Counted from the first letter of the whole stretch, positions 1 to 12,325 are shown. The stretch is DNA of 63,164 nt, filler included, from Octopus bimaculoides (GCF_001194135.2; 9 parts of 6 records of this genome joined end to end with filler, not necessarily neighbours in it), one strand, 5' to 3'. Translations and numbers: made by a program. Notes: generated by a model not told the origin, from the letters alone.

Positions 1-66
1 TATATAACTATGATAGATCGTTGACCTAACACCATTCAATTGTTTTTCTCCTTGTTTTCTCCGTAT

Positions 67-103
67 TCTTTCTGTTGAAGAGCGTAGCTCGAAACGTTAA
101 AGA
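67..103 (+). ncRNA. Minimal type I hammerhead-ribozyme-like motif (core variant CUGUUGA) in a Penelope-type repeat
   Basis: TCTTT-CTGTTGA-A-GAGC(GTA)GCTC-GAA-ACGT-T-AAAGA. Stem I TCTTT/AAAGA is perfect, stem II has 4 bp, and the palindromic ACGT replaces stem III. A6 of the core is U. Confidence 0.6.
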
Positions 104-713
104 CTTTCCGTATTCCCGAGCGTCATACCAATACATCCTTTTGTTGTTTACACCACCTGTCCTCGTCTGCTGTTTTTTTCGTACATTCTCCCATATATAT
201 GTGTGTGCGTGTTTGCGTGTGTGTATACGTACGTACATACATACATATATATATATATACATGGCAAGCTTGTGCACTGTTTCTGGCCACAAAATCCTGG
301 TCCATTGGAATGAATAGGCGGAAGAGAGGAAATAATGTTGAATGCCTCTACCATGAATCGAAACTGCATTGTCTGAAGTCGCATCTGTAACTTTAAGACG
401 ATTACCATATAGCGCTAATACTAACAAAATTTCTTACCAAATGATAAATGGTTCACAAGAATCTCAAAATTTTACTTAATTTGACGCAAAACTGCGTTGA
501 CCTCGTCACAGCATCTATCATAATTTCAAACTATCTTCAAAGTTAAGATGTATTTAATGGTTATCTGCGTTACAGAATAGAATTGATTTCCACATCGTAA
601 TGTAATATAAAGTCAGAGAGAAAGAAGATGTAAGTATACAGGAGCCATATTTATAAAGTAAAAGTTTATAATTGAGTTTATACAATGACAAGATTATATT
701 AGCGAAATGTCTA

Positions 714-870
714 AAGACGGCAGAATCGCTGCAATGACAGAAAAAAAATGCTTGTATGTATTTTTTCCGACATGTTACGTTCTCAGTTCAAATTCCATGG
801 TTGTTAACTTTGTCGATAAAATAACTACTCTTCGAATAACGGAGTCGATATAATTGAACGATTACAGACC
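714..870 (+). mobile_element. Diverged tRNA-derived SINE (family A)
   Basis: GGCAGAATCG A-box-like and GTTCAAATTCC B-box, followed by the GTCGATAAAATAA family motif. Confidence 0.6.
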
Positions 871-1306
871 CAAGCCATCACTAGAACCAAAAGCCTGTAA
901 AAATCTTCCGGAAGTTTATCATTTGAGTATACATGTACATGTCTAGACATTCATACGAATACATATATAAAACGAAAAATACAAATCTGCACATGCACTG
1001 ACTCGAAATACTGCACATATACATACATACATGCACAAATACACTGTTGATGTTGAAATTCCAATAAACGATCCTCGAATCTAGGTTAGAAACCGGCTCT
1101 TTTTCTACTTGCAAGAAATTTTGAAATTAAACTGAATAATGACTACATACATACATACATACATATATGCATGCATATTACTATTTAGTGGTACAGTGAA
1201 CATCTGCAAGATATCCCAAAGGTAACTCCATCTGAGATTCTTGAAGACATTTTATGCACACACTTGGTGGTAAGCATCAACATGGACACATTTGTAAAAA
1301 TCAACG

Positions 1307-1310
<4 letters not shown>

Positions 1311-1367
<57 letters not shown>
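1311..1367. repeat. (CA)n microsatellite
   Basis: Perfect CA run. Confidence 0.95.
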
Positions 1368-1370
<3 letters not shown>

Positions 1371-1580
1371 ATACAAGCAACCAAGCACTAAAGAGACATG
1401 TTCACAAAGTGCATAAATGCAGATGCATTTACCATCATACATGCTCAAACTAAAACATCAACCACAGATTTGCAAACCCCGGGATCAGTTTTAATCCAAG
1501 AAGCCTTGTCGCTCTTTTAGGGACTCGCTGAAAACCATTAAGAAGAATTTCAATAAATCTCAAATCAAAACATAAACATA

Positions 1581-2430
1581 TTAGGTGATCCCACAAATAA
1601 TGCGGGGTATTTATACTTTAAAAAAGTATAAAGTTTGCTTATACTTATAAGCAAAGTTCTATTTTAATCTAAAATATACTCTCCTTCATTTTCTACAACG
1701 TTCCTTCATTTTCTACAACGTTCCTCCATCTATCTGGTAGACTTGCAAAGCCTCTCTTCTAAAATTCACTTGTTCATGATGAACAATACTCCTCCAGCAC
1801 TGTTCTGATCTCGTCTACAGGATTCATATTTTTTCCGTCCAAATGATTTTGAAGACTGCGGAATAAATGATAATCAGATGGGGCAATGTTCGGCAAATAT
1901 GATGGGTGGGGCATCGTTTCCCATTCAAACTGCTCCAGCGTTTAGAATGTCATACCTGCTGTATGTGGCCGAGCATTATCCTGACGGAAGAACAGCTTTC
2001 ATTTTGAAACCAAAGATCGTCGTTATTCTTCTAAGCGCTGACTTGAATGACTGTTTGAATGCTCAAATCCACGCTTCTCTGCTATTTCCTCAACAGTTAC
2101 GATGGTTTGCAATACGTCCTCGTCGCGCTCTCAGTTTTTCTGGAACATCAATTTAGACTGGCTTACGCTTATTGTCCGATCACCATATACTGCATTAATA
2201 TTCTTCGCGCTTTCCGTTGCGTAGTTGCTTTTATTGAACGCATAAAGCAAAATATGCTGAATATGCTTCTTTGCCACTTTCATTAAAGCTTTGAGAAAAT
2301 AACTGTTAAAATCCAGCTACACTCTTCAAAATCTGCACTAAGAATAAGGACAAGGTAAAATTACTTTTATAGCACTTAGACTTTTAGTCCAAGCAATTGA
2401 AAAAACAATATTATTTATGAGATGACCTAA
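1581..2430 (-). mobile_element. Internally deleted mariner transposon
   Basis: TIRs TTAGGTGATCCCACAAATAAT / rc TTAGGTCATCTCATAAATAAT with TA on both flanks. Minus-strand remnants read MKVAKKHIQHILLYAFNK...NINAVYGDRTIS and FRQDNARPHTA...PHPSY...APSDYHLFRSLQNHL...LPDRW, with stops and frameshifts. Includes a 20-bp tandem duplication at 1682-1721. Confidence 0.9.
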
Positions 2431-2716
2431 TACATACATACATATATATATAGGTTAAAATATATATATTTTAACCTTCCGCATATTGTATATGCTGCCG
2501 TCCCAGTTTTTTCACGTTTCTTGTCTTATTCAATGTTTTTAGTTCGTAAAGGAAGTGTGATTTGTGACTGAGGAATATGTTTTAGGTATTTTGCAACATA
2601 TGAAATTATCAGTAGCGCTTAAAGACATGTATTGTGTCCTTTAAGTAAATAATAATTATCTCTCACCAGATGGAGTACATTTTTCTTGAATTTTCTATCA
2701 CAGAATAGTACATTGT

Positions 2717-2749
2717 AGACAGACAGACAGACAGACAGATGGATGGATG

Positions 2750-2805
<56 letters not shown>
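2717..2805. repeat. (GACA)/(GGAT)/(GATA)n compound microsatellite at the Tx1 LINE 3' end
   Basis: Direct inspection. Confidence 0.95.
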
Positions 2806-2806
<1 letters not shown>

Positions 2807-4030
2807 CTTTCTTTATTGGCCACACAGGGCTGAACATAGCGGGGACAAATACAATGTAGAGTTTTTCTTTTCGAGGGGGGTGAAAACAAAATAAAATTTT
2901 AAAAAAACAAATTTAGGGACAACGATCAAAAGAGATCGAAATCGTTTGGGATATACACACATAAAAAAAGTCGAAATAGTACAAAAAGTTCCCAAGAAAT
3001 GGAGAGGTTTATCCGTGGAGAGAAAAACCTACGAAAAGACCAGGGTAACCTCGGACAATAATGTCACATATTAACACATTTATTTACAAGTAACTCTGTT
3101 TTAAACTTTTTGGGGTTTTTTTCCCTTTCATAGGATCATGCTCAAGGTGGCTTCGTTTTTCACATGTGCCATCCTTGCTACATTCACCCATATTTTTTTT
3201 AAACATTGGCTTGACAAAACTTTCCTCTCTACTCACAACTTCCTTTTGAAGTAATACTTGAAAAAGTTGATGAGAGATTGACCAGAGAGGAAAGTGTTTG
3301 TCTCTAATCCTTTCAGACGCGTCCAGCGGATACAGTCTTTGACCGTAGCCACAAGTACGATGAAAATAGCTCTTCCTTCCCGTTTGAAGGAAGGAGGCGT
3401 GACAATATTGACGAAAGACTCGACTGATAAACCGACTCGTCCCAAACGTGACAGCAGTCGTTCGACATAAGCCCACAGGTTGGAAATGGTTGGACACTGT
3501 ACGAATGCGTGCAGAACGGTTTCGTCGCTCTGACCGCATCTCGGAAAAGCGAGGCGCACAAAGGCGCCAACCCGGTCCACCGTCGTCTACGTAGAGCCGG
3601 AGATGTCGCAGTCTCAGCGCATGTCTGTGCATCATCAACCACAGCATGCCCAGCCCTCCTTTTAGCGGGTGTTGGCAGCAAACGGATCGCCTGACCATCG
3701 GAACGCTTTCTTTCCACAAGAAGCGGAAGAGGATGCGTTCCACTTTGGTGATGGTAAGGTTAGGACAAGGCACGACGGTCTGGCGGTAGTTGATGACGGA
3801 TGCGACGTACGCGTTCGCCACGTCCGCCCGATATTTCAGGGACAGCTTCCTCTCGGCCCATTGCCGGGTGAGAGTGGCCACTCTACTCGTTATCTCGTCC
3901 CAGTTCTTTTCCGTTTGACGCTCCAGACCGAACCAGACCCCGAGCAACTTGACAGACCAGTCCGTCCAGCGTCCCACTACTACTGTTTCTAAGACATTTA
4001 AGAAACACACAAAATCCGTTAGATTCACTT
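2806..4030 (-). mobile_element. 5'-truncated, decayed Tx1/L1-clade LINE (RT C-terminus, CCHC knuckle, 3' UTR)
   Basis: ORF 3084-4028: KLLGVWFG...WAERKLSL...ILFRFLWK...HPLKGGLG. ORF 3233-3580: (C>F)PRCGQSDETVLHAFVQC zinc knuckle. The 3' UTR ends AATAAAGAAAG before (TATC)n. Confidence 0.85.
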
Positions 4031-4783
4031 CAACATTTAAATTTAATTTGCCAGAATATTTTCGTCGCTTTGAGACTGCGACTTGTTCACTGACAAAATT
4101 CCCTGCTGTATTTATTAAGCCAAACTATGTGCACCAATTATTACTCATATAGTTGTGAATTTACAGTATAATCTGGATATGGCAGCAAGATATTTCGGAG
4201 CAAGTGTCCATAGTTATCCTGTTTCTCTATTATTTTGAAAGAGATATTCGCATAAACAGGGCAGTTGAATATATATACTTCTTATCATCCCAAACAACAA
4301 TATCCGGCCTGTAATGTTTACACATGACAGAGGTTTTGATGTATAAATAGGTATGTATTTATGTAAAAGTGTATGTATATATGGTATTTATGGATGTACA
4401 TATGCAAGTACGTATTTATGCTTGTTTGTATTTATGTATGTACGTATTTGTGTATGTATATAGGCATGTACGTTTTAATGTTTGTAAGTGTCCTGCTGTA
4501 CAATTACTCTTCTGCTACATGTGTGTATGTGTACGTGTGTGTATGTATATGTATGCATGCGTACTTCAAAATATTTTGGAGAGTATATGTATTTCTACCC
4601 AGATTCTGGTGAATGTCTTGTGCCACTGGTTGGTATTGAGAGAGTTTTGTGAGCAGAGATATAAGGAAGCAGCACAGATTAGACCCAATAATCGGATATT
4701 TAATCAAATCTAACAAATCCGACCGTCATCTGCTGCCGTGTATCTCAATTGACATGACAAGCGTCGCAGGATACCCTCCTCCA

Positions 4784-4789
<6 letters not shown>

Positions 4790-4821
<32 letters not shown>

Positions 4822-4850
4822 TCTTCTTCTTCTTCTTCTTCTTCTTCTTC
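4790..4850. repeat. (CT)n(CTT)n microsatellite
   Basis: Direct inspection; continues into a gap. Confidence 0.9.
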
Positions 4851-5141
4851 TGCTTCTCACTTTCCCCTTCTCTTTCGCCTCTCTCTTCTTTTCTCNNNNN
4901 NNNNNNNNNNNNNNNNNNNNNNNNNNNNNNNNNNNNNNNNNNNNNNNNNNNNNNNNNNNNNNNNNNNNNNNNNNNNNNNNNNNNNNNNNNNNNNNNNNNN
5001 NNNNNNNNNNNNNNNNNNNNNNNNNNNNNNNNNNNNNNNNNNNNNNNNNNNNNNNNNNNNNNNNNNNNNNNNNNNNNNNNNNNNNNNNNNNNNNNNNNNN
5101 NNNNNNNNNNNNNNNNNNNNNNNNNNNNNNNNNNNNNNNNN

Positions 5142-5195
<54 letters not shown>

Positions 5196-5619
5196 CTCGA
5201 AATGTCCAACGGATTTCTCCTCAGTTTTACTGTGGAGTTTGGTCAAGTCGTTCAGAAGTTCGATTCGCAATCACGAGGTCTTGGGTTCTATTCCAATAGG
5301 TGGCAAATGTCTCCGGTCGATCAAAGCCGTTCTGAATGAAACTGCGTAGGCAACAGATAATGTACAGACACCGATCGGGTGAAATGTACCCGTAATTTAG
5401 ATATACGAGCTTAACACAGCCTATGTCACAGCCTGCATCACTCTCTGTCGGCCTCAGAATTATTTTAAACATAGACATGTCTGCAGAATACTTAGATATT
5501 AATTCAAGTGTAGGTAATTCAGTTGAACAAACAAATGAATGCTCATTTTCGAAAACGATGAAGAGCCTTCTCTTTACAACCACTACATAACAACAGTAGA
5601 TCGTTCAACCCCCAACGTA

Positions 5620-5830
5620 ACCTATGAATCCCCTATATTGCAACAATCTGATATTTAGAGGCTCTCAAGTGTTCAACGGTCAACCAACGGACATCAGAAC
5701 CATAAAAGGGACTTCTGTCGACACATCTAAGAAATCATTGGATGAACTCCTAAGCAGCCGAGTATACAAGGTTTCACTCAAGGAAGATCAGCCGCCGATA
5801 ACTCAATTATACACCAACTTCCAGCCATAA
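5620..5830 (+). mobile_element. CR1-like LINE 3' coding remnant
   Basis: YCNNLIFRGSQVFNGQPTDIR...DTSKKSLDELL resembles the GPxLFNxLPxxLR...FKxxLDxxL C-terminal motif also seen at 29638-29844. Confidence 0.5.
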
Positions 5831-6144
5831 AACCTTCAACAAAACTGAAAAGAAAAATGCCAATAAATATATAAAAAGACACGAGGTGGTGCCCTGTTAT
5901 GCCTGCAGTCCATACACTGAAACCACTAAATGAATAAAAGTGGAGTGAGCTGCCGTGGACCTATTAATTATCTTGGCCAGATACAGTCCGTGGTTCATCA
6001 ACTTCAATTATGTCAGATATGGGCGTCGCCTTATCTTTCATTTGTTTTGTTGTTCCAAACTTATTTAGAATATTTAAAGGAAGTTGAATTAGTTAATTAA
6101 CAATCGCTTTATAATGTGTAATCCTACGTATTCTCATCTCCCTG

Positions 6145-6149
<5 letters not shown>

Positions 6150-6228
<79 letters not shown>
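6150..6228. repeat. (GT)n microsatellite
   Basis: Perfect GT run. Confidence 0.95.
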
Positions 6229-6230
<2 letters not shown>

Positions 6231-7384
6231 TGTTCTTGATGGCAATTACTATCGCTATTTGAACTACTCTTTCATACAAAATGGGTTATTATTCTCTTTG
6301 GTGTATTTGAAGTATTTCAGCATTAAGCACATTGCCATTTGAGCTGTCACCTTCAGCAGTGAACTCCATACCTCTATTAATAGAGAGTATAGAAAGATAT
6401 TGTCATTTGTAATCACGTGGTGAAACATTCAATGCTAAGTACTGAAGGTAGAGAGGTTAATAGGAGAAGATAACGCGCACATAACACAGCTTAGCATTAA
6501 ATGAAACCGGAGAGCTGTGTTGTTAAGAATTGCTGAAGTTTTGTCTTTGGGGCACAAATCTCAATTCAATGCATTAAAGATATTTCTAGAAGAAAGGAAA
6601 CAATGGAACACTGCTATTGTGAAATGTTTCGGCCAGGTTTCTTCTCATCAACGACAGCAATCGATTTCAAATTTTGTCCAACGTTTCTATTGGTTGTCGC
6701 CCATAGGAGGGTACTTCATAATATTGCTGTTGTTTCCGCGGTTGCTCATAGTAACGCTTCAATTATGCTTATTAATTGTTGTTGTTGTTGGTTTGTAGCT
6801 GCGATTAGTGTAGCGAAATCAGAACAAAATTTTATTCTTTGTTACTGCTGCTGCTGCTACCATTGTTGTTGTCGCAGTTGCTGTTCTTGTCAATTTTGTT
6901 ACTCCTCAAGTCGATTCTGATCTACAGTTTGTCGTGCAGCCTACAAATCTACTGCTCTAAATATGCTCTGGTTTCTGCAAGTTAACATCCTTTGCTGCAC
7001 ACTCCAGCAGGCTGTGGTTACAGTTATGCGTTGAAATGTTACAATCTTGTCGACATGTTTTGTCTTATCGTTGTCCAAATTGTGGATATGGTCATAGCAG
7101 AGTCAGACACTCAGGACTACACAAGTGCCAGTCCGTTGCAGTTTATTTGCAATTATCATAATCGGTAGCTATCCCAGAACTGTACTTAACAATCAGAAAA
7201 CTGTTGATTGCATCTCTTTTCTGAGAGTTTAGTTTAGGAGTGTAAGTTTATGGAATGTTCTCAGATTTGTGCACTATATTTCATTGTTGCTGTGCCTGGA
7301 GGTTTGGTCTGTCAGCAAAGCTTGGGAACTTTGGAGTGTTCTGCGCCAACAAAATCATCCTTACATATATATATATATATAATA

Positions 7385-7573
7385 TGACACTTATTCGGTA
7401 GCCATGATAAAACTCCGAATTTCGGATGCCGGGGTGGGAACCCACGCCGCCAACTCTTCAGTTATCCTGTGACAGGAATTTTCAATGGCCAGATAACTGA
7501 AGAGTTGGTGGCGTGGGTTCCCATCCCGGCATCCGAAACTCGGAGTTTTATTATGGCTACCGAATAAGTGTCA
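7385..7573. repeat. Fold-back repeat with 82-bp arms (4 mismatches) and a 25-bp spacer
   Basis: 7385-7466 is the reverse complement of 7492-7573, with four A/G differences. Confidence 0.95.
7488..7557 (+). ncRNA. Type I hammerhead-ribozyme-like motif in the right arm of the fold-back
   Basis: Stem I GCCAGATAA/TTATT(A)TGGC, core CTGAAGA (7497-7503), stem II GTTGG/CCGGC plus an inner hairpin, GAAA (7535-7538), near-palindromic stem III ACTC-G-GAGT, and cleavage triplet GUU. A non-canonical ATCC insertion precedes GAAA. Confidence 0.55.
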
Positions 7574-7664
7574 CATATTTTTATAGATAAATTCTCTATT
7601 TACATAATATCGAGGTGTCTNNNNNNNNNNNNNNNNNNNNNNNNNNNNNNNNNNNNNNNNNNNN

Positions 7665-7676
7665 TTAATTAATTAA
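7665..7676. other. Assembly gap spacer TTAATTAATTAA (also 11516, 16358, 22140, 39213, 51005, 58351, 61944)
   Basis: Always 44 N + 12 nt + 44 N = 100 bp, with stops in all frames. Artificial, not genomic. Confidence 0.95.
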
Positions 7677-7744
7677 NNNNNNNNNNNNNNNNNNNNNNNN
7701 NNNNNNNNNNNNNNNNNNNNTATGATTGCTTGCTTGCCTGTACT

Positions 7745-7942
7745 TTAATACAGCCAAACCGGCGCTTAATGGGAAAAGATAGCGCTGAAATGTGAATACA
7801 AGCAGAATGAAACAAGTTGCGCGTAAATCGGACCACGGATTCCCGAGATACGCGGTTCGTTCGGGTTTGTTTCCACAAATTGAAGCAGTGAAACCTGGAG
7901 TTATTGCCCTTTACTGTGAACACCTGGATAGTTTTGTTTGCG

Positions 7943-7997
<55 letters not shown>

Positions 7998-8390
7998 TTG
8001 CTTGCTTGCATGCTCGTCTGTAATTTAATACAGTCAAACAGGTGCATAATGGGAACATACTTTGAAATTTAGGTACCGTTGAAATGTGAATACAAACGGA
8101 ATAAAACATGTTTTGCATAAATCGGACCAGGGGTACCCGAGATACGTAATTTTTTCGGGTACCCTTATAGATAGAGAAACCGGCGCATAATGGGAACAAT
8201 GCTTTGAAAGTAAAGTGTCATTGAAATGTGAATGCAAACGGAATAAAATTAGTATCGTATAAATCAGACCATGGATTCTCTAGATACGCGTTTTTTTCGG
8301 GTACCTTTATAAATAGTCAAACCGGCGCATAATGTGAAGAATGCTTAGAAAGCAAGGTGTCATTGAAATGTGAATATACACGGAATAATA
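7745..8390. repeat. ~141-bp tandem repeat units with an embedded (GCTT)n microsatellite
   Basis: AAACCGGCGCATAATGGGAAC-like motif at 7756, 8036, 8177 and 8319 (spacings 141 and 142 for the last three). TGAAATGTGAATAC and TTCGGGTACC also recur. Confidence 0.85.
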
Positions 8391-9209
8391 TATATATTTT
8401 TCATAAATATATATGTATACATACATACATATACATATATATATATATATACATACATACATATANNNNNNNNNNATGCATATATACCTGCATACATTTA
8501 TACATATTTATATGCATATACACATTGACTAAAAATATATCTCGTTCCGTGTGGGTGATATGTTAAGAAGCATATGAACTGTCTGAAAGTGTGTGATTCA
8601 AAGTACTATCAAGAACACATTTATGTATATAACCAAGATATAAATAAACCCAACGTTAATCTAAATTTGATACAATGTGGGCTGGAGACCCCCGTTCACA
8701 ATCGTTGTAAAGGAGCAACTTTGCGAAAAAGCCTCAGATTCAATTGAGGATTCAATATGTATGTGAGAATTTTTGCTGAGATTCTCATGCCAGATATTAT
8801 TATAGTCGTTATCGAAATCCCTGAGAAAAAACTTTTTGACCTTAAGTTCCCCAAAACCTTAGGAAGTAAGTGCAATACACAAAGGCGAAGGCTTTCCGTT
8901 GTTATATTTCTATATAAACCATATCGGTTGCCTCTGACAAGAAATAATTTATGTGAGAATGAAATTTTAATTTCCATAACTGTTTTCATCTAACTTGAGG
9001 TACTGAAAATGAAGGGCTGTCGAAGTGTGAGTATCAGAAACATTGCTGCTTTTAGAATAGCGCAGATATGTGTTACTAAAAAAATATGTACATGTGTTAC
9101 TAAAATATATATATATATATCAGCGACTGAGGCAATATTAATACGATGAGGCAACATTTATACCCACTTAAAAGTGGATGTTCTGTTAGATTCGTCTCCC
9201 CGCTAGCTA

Positions 9210-10495
9210 TTAGGTTGGCAACTAAGTTCCCGCAGTATTTTTAAATTTTAATTTTTTTAAAAAGGTTTAGTAAAAAAAATAACAACTAATTAATCAATAA
9301 TGTATTCACCCTTATTGTTTACAAATTCTTCCCAACGTTCAACAAGATTTTCAATATCTCGTTGGTAGAAATCACCCGATTTTGACTCGAAAAATTGATC
9401 TCACCAAGCTCTCAATTCTGCATCAGTATTGAACGAAACTCTGCGTATAGCATTTGAAAAAGATCGAAAGAGGTGCAAATCCGTTGGTGCCAAATCAGGA
9501 GAATACGGCGTGTGTGGAAGCACTTCCCAGCCATGCGTTTGAATGGCTTCCTTGGTCATATTGGCAATATGAGTTTGGGCGTTGTCGTGCCGCAGAAGAA
9601 CTCCATGCTGACGATTAGGTCTTTTCTCTCGAATAGCCGTGTTGAGTCGTTCCATCTGTTGAACATAGAGTTCCGCGTTGACCGTTTGGTTCCGTTCAAG
9701 CAATTCGTAATGGATAATCCTTTCCCAGTCCCACCATACGCACAACATCGGTGAATATCTTGTTTCACGCGCGGTGTCGCTTGTTTCCTGGAGATAAGCC
9801 ATTCCTTACGCTGCTTCATATTGATGCACAGCCACCAAGTTACTTCGCCAGTAACGATTCGATAATGAAATCGTTGCTTGTATCCATGAGTTGAGCGGTG
9901 ACGAGCAAGCAAACCAGCGGAGATTGCGGCTCGTTGATTTCTTTTGTTGTCATTTAAAGCATGCGGAACCCATGCTCCATACTTCTGAACATTTCCTATC
10001 GAGTAAAGATGCTTCTCTATAGCAGTGTGAGAGCATTCTATTTTCTCTGCCAGTTCTCTTGTCGTTTGACGAGAATTTTCGTGCAAAAGTTGGTTTAATT
10101 GCTTTTCATCAAACTCGACTGGACGGCCAGAACGAGGTGCGTCTTTGAGGTAAAAATTTCCATTTTTGAACTTGGCATACCAATCACGAGTGGTTCTTTC
10201 CGTTATGGCACCCTCTCCATACACAGCACAAATGTCACGGGCGGCTTTTGCGGCCCTAGAGCCTAAAGCAAAAATAAGGAGGTATCGAAAATGCTGGTTT
10301 TTTAAAAACTTGACATTCCATTTTAATGACCTGAAAATAAACAAAAATTAACTAAAATTAACTAAAAAGAAATAACAAAATAGATTCCAAAATAATTCGA
10401 AAACAGATTTCTCGAAAAAAAATAGTTCCAATAATTTAAAAACACAATAAATTCTAAAATTTAAAAAAACCGCGGGAAGTTAGTTGCCAACCCAA
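9210..10495 (-). mobile_element. Full-length (1286 bp) decayed mariner element
   Basis: TIRs TTAGGTTGGCAACTAAGTTCCCGC / rc TTGGGTTGGCAACTAACTTCCCGC. TA on the left flank and CA (probably a mutated TA) on the right. Confidence 0.95.
9290..10344 (-). pseudogene. Mariner DD34D transposase pseudogene
   Basis: HTH region, WVPHAL, IVTGEVTW (first catalytic D lost), HDNA, YSPDLAPTD. Frameshift near 9770-9800 and an in-frame TGA at 9401 before ...ERWEEFVNNKGEYIID*. Confidence 0.92.
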
Positions 10496-12184
10496 CATAT
10501 AAGCAAGCGTTCGTTTTGCATCAAAAAAGTTTCGCACATGTTGCTAATATATAGTTTGTAACAAGCTCATTGGCTAATCGAGACAGCAGCACCTGTTCTG
10601 GCACTGTTATTCTATATATCGCTGGTGGAGATTTACTGCTATCTTTAACACACGAGCGTCTATCACTCTCAGCGCCAAGGAAGGTCGATATCATGTGATC
10701 TGATTGTCTCAGCGCTGGAGATGAGAGGGCTTTATCTCTCCTGTAGCGATATATTAAAAAAAGAGCGCATTTTGCACCAAAAGTCAATATGAGAGTTTCT
10801 CTCAAGACATCCACCGCATTATAATTTCTTCAAACAATATATCCACATTTAAGAGGGGATAAGTATTACTTATAGCTATTACTGAAATCATGAAGGTTAA
10901 CGCTATTTTACCTGAAATTTCTCAGACCCCAAAAGTGTAAAATCGTCATGCAGTAAGCGTTTGTTCCTAAACATTAAGGTCTTTTCTGCGTTGATTATAT
11001 ACATTGGACGAATTTAATTGATTTGTATAATGGAATTGATATATCATTAATGTCAAGAATGTCTCACTTTTGCTTCTGGAGACAAGAGGACAGTTATACA
11101 GTTATAAACTAAAAGACATAAACACATCAGTTCTTAAAAAGTTGATACAAACCAGACATACAATTACACGAATAAAAAGTAAGTAGATAATATTTTGGGT
11201 CTAGGGTAATTTGAATAAGTAAAAAATAATAATTGAGCAACGATAAACATCTACCCGTAGGTCCAGTGGCATGAATTTGGATAGCAATGACAAATAAAGT
11301 TATACTAAACCAGGAAAAATAGTGTTTATATATTTTTTAAAATTTTATTAACTTCCAGTCAATTCATGCAAACGATTAATAGCAAAAATGATGAATTCCG
11401 TATGAGAATGGAAGTTAATCGCAAGAACGGAGAATTTTCTGAAAACTTATACATATATATATATATATATANNNNNNNNNNNNNNNNNNNNNNNNNNNNN
11501 NNNNNNNNNNNNNNNTTAATTAATTAANNNNNNNNNNNNNNNNNNNNNNNNNNNNNNNNNNNNNNNNNNNNCCTTCTGTTACATTTCATCAATGAATGCA
11601 ACCCAAACGTGCGAATAATTTAATATTCGGAGTTTTCGATCTGTGAGATAGGTGTTCTAGCTAGAAAGAACTAGCAATCTCTTAATTCCAAGCACACTCA
11701 TTCACCATCTCAAGTACCCCTTCGTCGTTGCGTTATGTTGCTAGATAACTGTTGACACTACGCTCGTTCATCTGCCTTTTGACACTCTTGTTTAACCTAC
11801 TGCTAGCGATCCCACTGGAAATTGTCCGTTTAGTCACTCTTTTGCAATACATACATATATGCATGCGTACACACGCACGTACATGCACACACTTACACAC
11901 ACGCATACATGCGCGTGCGCACATACACATATGTACTGCCTTAAATCTAATATTAAAACGGATAATATTCATATGGAACGTTGATAAAGAATTGCTATTG
12001 AGTAGGCATTATGGAGAAAGAAAATATATTGAAAGCGTCCAACCTTTTTGGATTGAATAGCATTGAACAGGCAAAAATAAAATGAGATACAAAGAGAAGA
12101 AACCCTATAGATATCAATAAACACTTTAAATGTTCAGCTTGCTAATGAGTTTGTATTTCTAAGACTTGTATTTCTAGCCATTGA

Positions 12185-12325
12185 AGAAAATATGAACTAA
12201 AACAAAGATATAGTACATCTTCACCGTCTGGAAGAACATATGTCTGTCACTTGTGCAATACATGTCTTTCAGTTGGTGGACCGAAGAGACATATTTCTCC
12301 ACACAATGCCAATTGTCCTGTATGA
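12185..12325 (+). mobile_element. C2H2-like zinc-finger remnant, probably an RTE-clade LINE C-terminus
   Basis: RKYELKQRYSTSSPSGRTYVCHLCNTCLSVGGPKRHISPHNANCPV*. Confidence 0.4.
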
